Source: Puniceicoccaceae bacterium
GTDB lineage: Bacteria; Verrucomicrobiota; Verrucomicrobiia; Opitutales; Oceanipulchritudinaceae
Assembly (NCBI GenBank): GCA_040830765.1
Contig: JBFOMH010000017.1
Location: 160,001 to 224,000 of the forward strand
Reading direction: 5' to 3'
Length of the DNA stretch: 64,000 bases
The notes beneath the pieces are model-generated. The model was not told the origin of the DNA. It did not search any database and saw only the letters and a program-made list of their open reading frames with translations. Shown piece after piece: positions 57,467-64,000 of this stretch. The position numbers and the translations under genes are program-made. Within the stretch, counting starts at the first letter, position 1. Each line of letters starts with the position of its first letter.

Positions 57467-58531
57467 CTATTGGCCCAATATCTGGCCGGAGTGTGGCATC
57501 TTGAGGGTTTTCCCGAGGACCAGGGTTCCATGGACATGCAAATCGGTCTGGGGATGTGATGGACCGAACTGCCCGCGGTTCAGCATGGCGACGATGAGAT
57601 CGATTCCCTGTCGGCCGATTGTCTTGCCGTCTTCATGGATGCCGCAGCGATCGGGGTCATTGGAAAACAGGGAAGTCCAGGCCAGGGATAGGTCTTCCGG
57701 GACGCGAATACCTGCCTCCTTGAGGACGGATTCATAGTCGTCGTTTTGGTGCAGCACGAGGGCATCAAAGCGGTATTCCCTGACCCATTCCAGGAACTTT
57801 GGCTTGGTCTCCTCGTTGAGGTCTTCCTGAAAAAGTGGGGCCGGAAGGTGATCGGGAAGGTATTCCTGATGAGCTCCCAGGAAACCTGCCGCGAATCCGA
57901 AATTAACCCGTTGGTTGATCCAGCGTGGGCAGGCAAGTCCAATTCGCTTGAAGCCTGACCGGACAAGAAATTTGAAAAGCGTAATCGTGTTACCAACCTG
58001 ATCCGGGGTTACGGAAGGCAGATTTGTCGCCCGCAGACTGTGCCCGAGACGCACAGCGGAGAACTTCTCCCAGTCGAATTCAAGGGTTTGTACCCCCGCG
58101 TCCAACGGCGGGATGAGCACGCCCTTGATACCCCGGGCGATGAGAATACTGGTCGCCCGCTTGTCTGTCATGCGAGGGTTCTGAAGCCAGAAGTTCTCCA
58201 GCTTGTACCCCAGCTCCTCAACGCGCTCCTTTGCCCCGCAGTAACATTCCCAACCGATGCCTCTCTGTCCCTGGGTCGGTTCCGGAGTTGGATGGGTGTT
58301 TATCCAGGCAATGGTCGCGGAACGCCGGTCAATCTTCTTGCTGCAGCGGTAGGCATTCAAGGCCGCCAGTATCGGATCCGGTTTGTATCCCAGCTCCTTT
58401 GCCGCCTCACTTACCCGCTTCTTTGTCTTTTCACTGATCCGGGGCGAGTTCCTCAACGCTTCCGCCACCGTCGTGTAATGCATCCCGATGTGTTTCGCGA
58501 TGTCACGGGTCGTTATCCGTTTCATGTTCAT
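57467..58531 (-). CDS. LacI-family transcriptional regulator
   Basis: ITTRDIAKHIGMHYTTVAEALRNSPRISEKTKKRV...ELGYKPDP HTH plus a sugar-binding domain. AGGAAGG RBS before ATG 58531. Confidence 0.9.
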   Translation of the reverse strand: MNMKRITTRDIAKHIGMHYTTVAEALRNSPRISEKTKKRVSEAAKELGYKPDPILAALNAYRCSKKIDRRSATIAWINTHPTPEPTQGQRGIGWECYCGAKERVEELGYKLENFWLQNPRMTDKRATSILIARGIKGVLIPPLDAGVQTLEFDWEKFSAVRLGHSLRATNLPSVTPDQVGNTITLFKFLVRSGFKRIGLACPRWINQRVNFGFAAGFLGAHQEYLPDHLPAPLFQEDLNEETKPKFLEWVREYRFDALVLHQNDDYESVLKEAGIRVPEDLSLAWTSLFSNDPDRCGIHEDGKTIGRQGIDLIVAMLNRGQFGPSHPQTDLHVHGTLVLGKTLKMPHSGQILGQ

Positions 58532-58859
58532 TTTCCTTCCTGTATAAAAATGGCTTTCAGCCGCCCCGTCAACGCATCTCCTACAGAAAGGAAATTCATC
58601 GGTAGCTTGGCTTTGGAAGAGGAAGGAAGGCGGGAAGGGCTTGCTTGTCAGATCCAGCGACCGTGGTGACATTTTTGGAGCCCGCAATCATACAGTAAGG
58701 ACGGCAACAACCTTCAAATCCCGGGGCTGTCAGCAGATAGTTTCTGACAGAGAGGTGCCCCGATCCACTACTCCTGCGAGGAAAGGCTCCTGACGGGTGA
58801 TGCCTGGGCCATGGACCGGGGAATATCTCCTCAACCCTGAACAGAACGAACCCAAGACA

Positions 58860-61445
58860 ATGAAGGAAATGAGACAAATCCCAAGATTCCCCAAGACCAC
58901 CTTGATGGCCACTTTGGCGACCGTGGCGTTTTTCAGTGGGCCGGTACAGGCCGACTGGCAATTGATAACCGATTTTTCCACCGAAGCACGTGAAGATGTG
59001 TACGCATGGAAGCGCTTCGGATATGGCACCCTGTACTTTGACGGCCTTGATGTTACGGATGCGACCAACCGCGCCCTCTACATGGACGGCGAAGAGCCGG
59101 ACGAAAACCGCGGCAATACCATCCATGTTGCGATGCCACTGCCCGAAGGCGGTGTAGCCGAAGGTGCCGATGCCACCCTGAAGTTTGATTTTTTCACCTA
59201 TGGTGCAGCGTCGCAGTTCCTGATTGGCCTGAGCGATGTGGCCATCACCGTTGATGATAACCTTACGCTGGATAACGGCCGGTTGCTGACCCCGAATGCC
59301 TTTGGCGATTACGAGACCACATCACGCATGCGCACCACATTTGATGCCCGCGAAGGAAACCTCTATGTCGTCTCGGAAGAAACCATCCCGGTCGGCGAAT
59401 GGATGACCTGTTACCAGTACATCGACAACGCGACGGATACCTATGAAATCTACATCAAGACGCAGGCGGACTCCGAACCGCGTCAGCTCATTGCTGAAGG
59501 CATATTCAGCTTCGCTTTCCGCAACGGTACAACGGATGCCCTGGAGACCCTGTTCCTGGCCGCGACCCGCGGAACGGGAGATGCCTATACGGACGTTTTC
59601 GTCGTGGACAACATTTACATCGACCTGGCTGGCCGGAATGCCGAGCTCCCGGAACCGGTAACTGAGCCCAAGACGGAGGCCCTCGGTTATCCTCTTCAGG
59701 ATGGCTACATTGATACCGCTGACTGGCTGGGCTGGCTTTATGCTGAAGAAGATCCGTTCTTCTGGAACATCACCTGGAACAACTGGTGCTACGTTGACGA
59801 GGCTGGATTTGACCAGAAAGCTGGCGGCTGGGTCTATTTCTACTACGGCGATACACCGTGGGAAGACTGGATCATTGGCCAGGACGGCAATGTCGACACC
59901 GGCAATTTCATGCAGTGGATCTACATCGCCGACGGCACAGATTACGTCTACAGCTATACGCTGGCCCGCTGGATCTACATGCCGCAGCCAAGCGCCGGGA
60001 ACCCGGGCGCATGGGCCTATGTTGCCCCGTTAAGTATTATCCCCGCCGCTAACTATACAATTACCGGGACAACGATTGCCCCGCTGATTGACGGCATTGC
60101 CAGCGAAGGCGAATGGGCCGATGCAACGGTCATCAGCCTGACCTACGACGCGCTTGTGACAAATGGTATCGGGACCAGCAAGATTGACCGCGATGCGGGC
60201 TCACCGCAGCCGGACGCTGTTCGCGCGGAAGGCACGGCCTACATGACGGCCACCGCCTACGGCATCTACCTTGGATTTGATATCACCGATGGGGACATTA
60301 CGCCGAATCCCGGATTTGGAGCGAGTGGCAACACCTATGATGGAGTCCAGATTGGCATCGATGTGAATCCCGAGCCGGTCGACCGGACCTCAACGGTCCT
60401 GCTGGACATCAATCCGGTATCGGAAGTCGAAGGCAACCCGACCAATGTCTATGCCCGCTGGGCCATTGCCGGTTATGATCCTGCATGGGGTGTCCAGGCC
60501 TCCTCGACCCTGACCGAAACGGGTTATTTCGTGGAAACGGTCATCCCGTGGTCCTTCGTGACCTCCTTCGGGGTAGAAAACCCGCTCGATGCCGGTTCCC
60601 TTCTGAAGCTGACCCTGATTGTCGTGGACCGCGACGAAACTGGAGCCGTGCGTGAACTGCTCTGGGACAGTGGCGAAGGAACGATTTCCATCGGAAATGC
60701 CGCCACGTGGCCGGATGCAGTCATTGGTGAGGACCTTGGCCAGGTGCCGGGCAGTTACTCGATTCCGAAGGTTGTAACGGCACCAACTGTCGACGGGACC
60801 ATTGGTGAAGGTGAGTGGCTTTATGCCACACATACCGCCGCCACCTATGAGAACTGGATCGAAACCAACGGTGGAACCAGCCGGTTGGACCGTGACACCG
60901 CAATGTCCAATCCGGACGCAGAGCGATCCGAAGGGGACATCTACATGGCTGCCACTGATGAAGCGCTCTACTTCGGGGCTATCATCAACGATGCCACTCC
61001 CTATTGGAACACCGAGTTTGGCAACGCCAGTAACAACAATGACGGGGTGCAGCTTTGCATCGACTTGAATCCGAATTCCGTTGACCGCTCAACCGCAACC
61101 CTCTGGGACTTCACTCCGGTCACCTCTGTTGGTGGTGAACTGACCGGGCCAGCCAATATCTTTACCCGCTTTGCGCTGGCAGGATATGATGCAGCCTGGG
61201 GTGTTGAAGCTGCCGGCAGCTTGTTTGAAGGCGGCTACATCATCGAGGTGAAGATGCCCTGGCAGACGCTGCGGGACATCGGCTTCGACAATCCGCTCGA
61301 CGCGGGTTCCCTCTTCAGGATCGGTTTCATTGTCGTCGACATGGGTGAGGATGGCGTTGCCAATGACCTCATCATCGATTTCGGCTCCCGTGTCTGGCAA
61401 GTAGCCAATACGGAGCTGTGGAACAATGCAGTCCTGGATGACTGA
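58860..61445 (+). CDS. Secreted modular protein: lectin-like N-domain, 2 Trp-rich modules and 2 tandem CBM9-like domains
   Basis: Signal peptide ...PVQA|D. Duplicated AP.IDG...GEW...LY.G..I.D...DGVQ..ID..P...GY..E..IPW domains at ~60050-60730 and ~60750-61442. No catalytic domain recognised. Confidence 0.75.
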   Translation: MKEMRQIPRFPKTTLMATLATVAFFSGPVQADWQLITDFSTEAREDVYAWKRFGYGTLYFDGLDVTDATNRALYMDGEEPDENRGNTIHVAMPLPEGGVAEGADATLKFDFFTYGAASQFLIGLSDVAITVDDNLTLDNGRLLTPNAFGDYETTSRMRTTFDAREGNLYVVSEETIPVGEWMTCYQYIDNATDTYEIYIKTQADSEPRQLIAEGIFSFAFRNGTTDALETLFLAATRGTGDAYTDVFVVDNIYIDLAGRNAELPEPVTEPKTEALGYPLQDGYIDTADWLGWLYAEEDPFFWNITWNNWCYVDEAGFDQKAGGWVYFYYGDTPWEDWIIGQDGNVDTGNFMQWIYIADGTDYVYSYTLARWIYMPQPSAGNPGAWAYVAPLSIIPAANYTITGTTIAPLIDGIASEGEWADATVISLTYDALVTNGIGTSKIDRDAGSPQPDAVRAEGTAYMTATAYGIYLGFDITDGDITPNPGFGASGNTYDGVQIGIDVNPEPVDRTSTVLLDINPVSEVEGNPTNVYARWAIAGYDPAWGVQASSTLTETGYFVETVIPWSFVTSFGVENPLDAGSLLKLTLIVVDRDETGAVRELLWDSGEGTISIGNAATWPDAVIGEDLGQVPGSYSIPKVVTAPTVDGTIGEGEWLYATHTAATYENWIETNGGTSRLDRDTAMSNPDAERSEGDIYMAATDEALYFGAIINDATPYWNTEFGNASNNNDGVQLCIDLNPNSVDRSTATLWDFTPVTSVGGELTGPANIFTRFALAGYDAAWGVEAAGSLFEGGYIIEVKMPWQTLRDIGFDNPLDAGSLFRIGFIVVDMGEDGVANDLIIDFGSRVWQVANTELWNNAVLDD

Positions 61446-61466
61446 ACAACAGCTTTGTGAGTAATT

Positions 61467-61540
61467 CCCGTCCTAACTCAATTAGGACAGGGTAGGGTTA
61501 AGCCGCCACTTGGACTTGTTCTGGGTGGCGGCTATTTTTT
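61467..61540. terminator. Tandem hairpins/terminator between convergent genes
   Basis: GTCCTAA-ctcaa-TTAGGAC (61470-61488), then AGCCGCCAC...GTGGCGGCT-ATTTTTT (61501-61540). Confidence 0.75.
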
Positions 61541-61556
61541 CCGAAAAAGAGGAATC

Positions 61557-62876
61557 CTACCGGTCCCGCTGGAGAGGCTTTGCGGTTGAATCCAGCCAAG
61601 CCTGCAATTCGGCTTTCAGCTTGGAAACCTTCTCCGGTTGCATAGATGAAAGATCCTTACGGTCGGAAAGGTCTTCCCTGAGGTCGTAGAGTTCCGTCCG
61701 GTCGGTCCAGGCGATTATCTTGTCCCAGCCCTTGATGAGGACCCGGGAGTCAAGATTACTGTCGAGGTCGTTGAGACGGGAAAGGTCGATATCATGGGCA
61801 TAGTCCTCGACGATGACCCTGTCTCGCTTGGCGAGCCCATTCACATCCCGCAAGTCGAGGCCGGCCATTTCGCAGGGAATCTCAATGCCGGCGGCCTTGA
61901 GGATGGTCGGGGCAATGTCGATGTTGCTGACCAGGGTTACAGAGTCCCGCTGAGGGGTGACCTTCCCGGGATACTTAATCATGATGGGGGTGCGGATACC
62001 GTCCTCATAGGGCTCCCGCTTCGACCGAATGGAGCGCTCGGCCTGCTCCGGGTTGGAGACCCAGCCATTGTCGCAGGTGTAGATAATCATCGTTTCATCG
62101 GTGATCCCCTTTTTATCGAGATAATCCAGCACTTCTCCACAGACTTCATCGAACCACTCGATATTGGCCCAGTAGCGGGCGGTGGACTCATTCGGGGCGA
62201 CCTTCAAGTATTTTTCGACAAGCTCTGCCCGGGCATTGTGCGGGGTATGGGGAAGGAAAACCCCATACCAGACGAAGAACGGTTTTTGTTCTTCGAGGGC
62301 CTTGTCGACAAAGTCGTAATAGGGCTCATGGGTTGTCCGGCCAATTTCCAGACCGACATCACCATGGCGTCCGCCCTCAAGGGTCCTGCCGTGGGTCATG
62401 GCATCCGTGAATCCATGGTCGATTGGATTTTCTTCCCACCACTTGCCGGTTTGCAGGGTGAGGTAGCCATTGTCCTTCAGGAGGCGGACAAAGGAAGGTA
62501 ACTTGTGCATGGGCGCGGTCATTTTCGTCCGCCATTTGTCGAACAGCTCCTTGTTGTTGCGGTGGTGGACCTTGCCCGGTAGAACCGGGTCATTGCCGCG
62601 GATTAAGTGCTGATGCGGATGCATTCCGGTAACCAGGCTGGCCAGGGATGGCCGGCAAAGGGGTGCCGAAACGTAGCCGCGCTCGAAGAGCAGCGATTGA
62701 CTGGCTAGCTTGTCAAGGCGCGGGGTCGCCACTTGCTCGTGTCCCATGAAGCCATAGTCATTCCAAGTCTGATCATCACTGATGATCAAAACGACGTTGG
62801 GCGGCTTTGCGGAAACGAGGGATGCTGCGATAAGGAGACACGCAAGGAGAAGGAATGAATATACTTTCATTTTCAT
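61557..62876 (-). CDS. Exported sulfatase (S1) with variant CRPSL motif
   Basis: Signal peptide ...VSA|K, PNVVLIISDDQ, LCRPSLASLVTG, TGKWWE, LPHTP, CDNGW and SKREPYEDGIRTP. Confidence 0.88.
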   Translation of the reverse strand: MKMKVYSFLLLACLLIAASLVSAKPPNVVLIISDDQTWNDYGFMGHEQVATPRLDKLASQSLLFERGYVSAPLCRPSLASLVTGMHPHQHLIRGNDPVLPGKVHHRNNKELFDKWRTKMTAPMHKLPSFVRLLKDNGYLTLQTGKWWEENPIDHGFTDAMTHGRTLEGGRHGDVGLEIGRTTHEPYYDFVDKALEEQKPFFVWYGVFLPHTPHNARAELVEKYLKVAPNESTARYWANIEWFDEVCGEVLDYLDKKGITDETMIIYTCDNGWVSNPEQAERSIRSKREPYEDGIRTPIMIKYPGKVTPQRDSVTLVSNIDIAPTILKAAGIEIPCEMAGLDLRDVNGLAKRDRVIVEDYAHDIDLSRLNDLDSNLDSRVLIKGWDKIIAWTDRTELYDLREDLSDRKDLSSMQPEKVSKLKAELQAWLDSTAKPLQRDR

Positions 62877-62905
62877 GGCTAAGGTGGGGAAACGTGCCGA
62901 CGGCA

Positions 62906-64000
62906 CTAGGCTTCTTTTGACTTGTTGCCGCTCTTGCGCAGGAGGACACCAATTCCCAGGACGCAGCCGCCACAGAACAGGAAGGCAAGCCGGCCGAACA
63001 TCGGGTTTGGGATCATGGAGAGCAGGAGAATAAAGCTGCCGAATCCCATGGCGACGCCCCCCATGAGGTGGGCCTGCTTGTAGTCCGTGGTCGTGCCCTC
63101 GATTTCGTCCTCCGTGATCGGTCGGCGCATCCGGTCGTTGAAGGATTCAATTTCCTTCCGGCGCTGTTCCGGGAGGCGGTTCCACCACAACGAGCTGAGG
63201 AGAAACCAGCTGCCACAAATGACAATGTTAACAAACACACTGATACCGGCCAGGTAATAGTTGACCTCCGCCCCTTCAATCGGGCGCCCGATGACCCCCT
63301 CGGCAAATTCAACATTAAAGAATGTGTTGATAATGAGAGAATTGCAAAATCCGATCACGGTCGTGGTCCATGCCGCCCATGGGGCCGGCTTGCGGAAGAT
63401 CATGACCAGCATCAGGGGAATGGTCATCGGGAACATGACCATGGAACCGAACCATTGCACCAGTTCGAATATCCCGACCGTCTTCAGACGGGTAATGTTG
63501 AGCGCGGCAATGATGATCAGGGCTCCCAGAAAGCAAGTCGTCAGCCGGCTGACAATGACCAGCTCCTTCTCGCTGGCCTTCGGTCGCAGGACCGGCAGAT
63601 AGAAGTTCCTGACAAAGATGCCCGCGTTACGGTTTAACCCGGTATCCATGCAGGAGACGGTGGCTCCCAGCATGGCGCAGATCATCAGCCCCATCATGCC
63701 CATCGGGAGCAGTTTCATCGCGACCGCGACATAGGCGGCCTCCTCCGGCTTGTTCAGCTGGGGAAACATGCCGGCCAGGTCGGGGAACATGATCGCTGCC
63801 GCCAGGGGTGGCGTAAACCAGACCAGGGGACCGAGATAGGAGAGAATGGCCGCCAGGGCCGCCGCCTTGCGCGCGTGCTCGGAGTTCTTGACGGCGAGGT
63901 AGCGTCCGGACTCGATGAGATTGTTACAGTTGATGAACTGCCGGACAATGTTGGAAATCAGCCAGAAGAGGAGCAGGCCGTTGGCAAAGGGGGCGGACAG
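62906..64000 (-). CDS. Sodium:solute symporter family transporter (5' truncated by window)
   Basis: The frame is open from 64000 (…RYLAVKNSEHARKAA…WFTPP…EAAYVA…LLPMGMMGL…ATVSCMDTGLN); multi-TM. Confidence 0.85.
   Translation of the reverse strand: MSAPFANGLLLFWLISNIVRQFINCNNLIESGRYLAVKNSEHARKAAALAAILSYLGPLVWFTPPLAAAIMFPDLAGMFPQLNKPEEAAYVAVAMKLLPMGMMGLMICAMLGATVSCMDTGLNRNAGIFVRNFYLPVLRPKASEKELVIVSRLTTCFLGALIIIAALNITRLKTVGIFELVQWFGSMVMFPMTIPLMLVMIFRKPAPWAAWTTTVIGFCNSLIINTFFNVEFAEGVIGRPIEGAEVNYYLAGISVFVNIVICGSWFLLSSLWWNRLPEQRRKEIESFNDRMRRPITEDEIEGTTTDYKQAHLMGGVAMGFGSFILLLSMIPNPMFGRLAFLFCGGCVLGIGVLLRKSGNKSKEA

Noticed and set aside
55125..64000. Integrative element at tRNA-Ala
   Set aside because: Downstream genes look accessory, but no integrase or duplicated tRNA 3' end was seen in the window.

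Overview
GC-rich bacterial window. The gene content and protein styles suggest Verrucomicrobiota, probably Opitutales/Puniceicoccaceae-like (inference, not checked). It is dominated by a two-partner secretion locus: a TpsB (ShlB/FhaC-type) transporter followed by a 7,979-aa TpsA. The TpsA has a TPS domain, 12 FG-GAP blades, about 24 tandem ~224-aa acidic repeats (most with a DxDxDG- or DxDxEG-type loop) and a helical C-terminal tail. Around it are glycan-foraging genes: ROK, SIS, two sulfatases, a PL1 lyase, a GH81-CBM6 glucanase, a TonB-dependent receptor paired with a cadherin-stalk protein, a tandem CBM9-like protein, LacI and an SSS transporter. Also present are arsC and chrA, a housekeeping block (icd, holB, tmk, ExbB/ExbD/TonB-like), tRNA-Ala(GGC) and a REP-like doublet. 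The most notable cross-gene signal is a ~55-60-aa Trp/Tyr-rich module, mostly in tandem pairs, on three to four unrelated secreted proteins at N-terminal, internal or C-terminal positions. It is a candidate lineage-specific surface-anchoring domain. No CRISPR array, integrase or transposase was seen.
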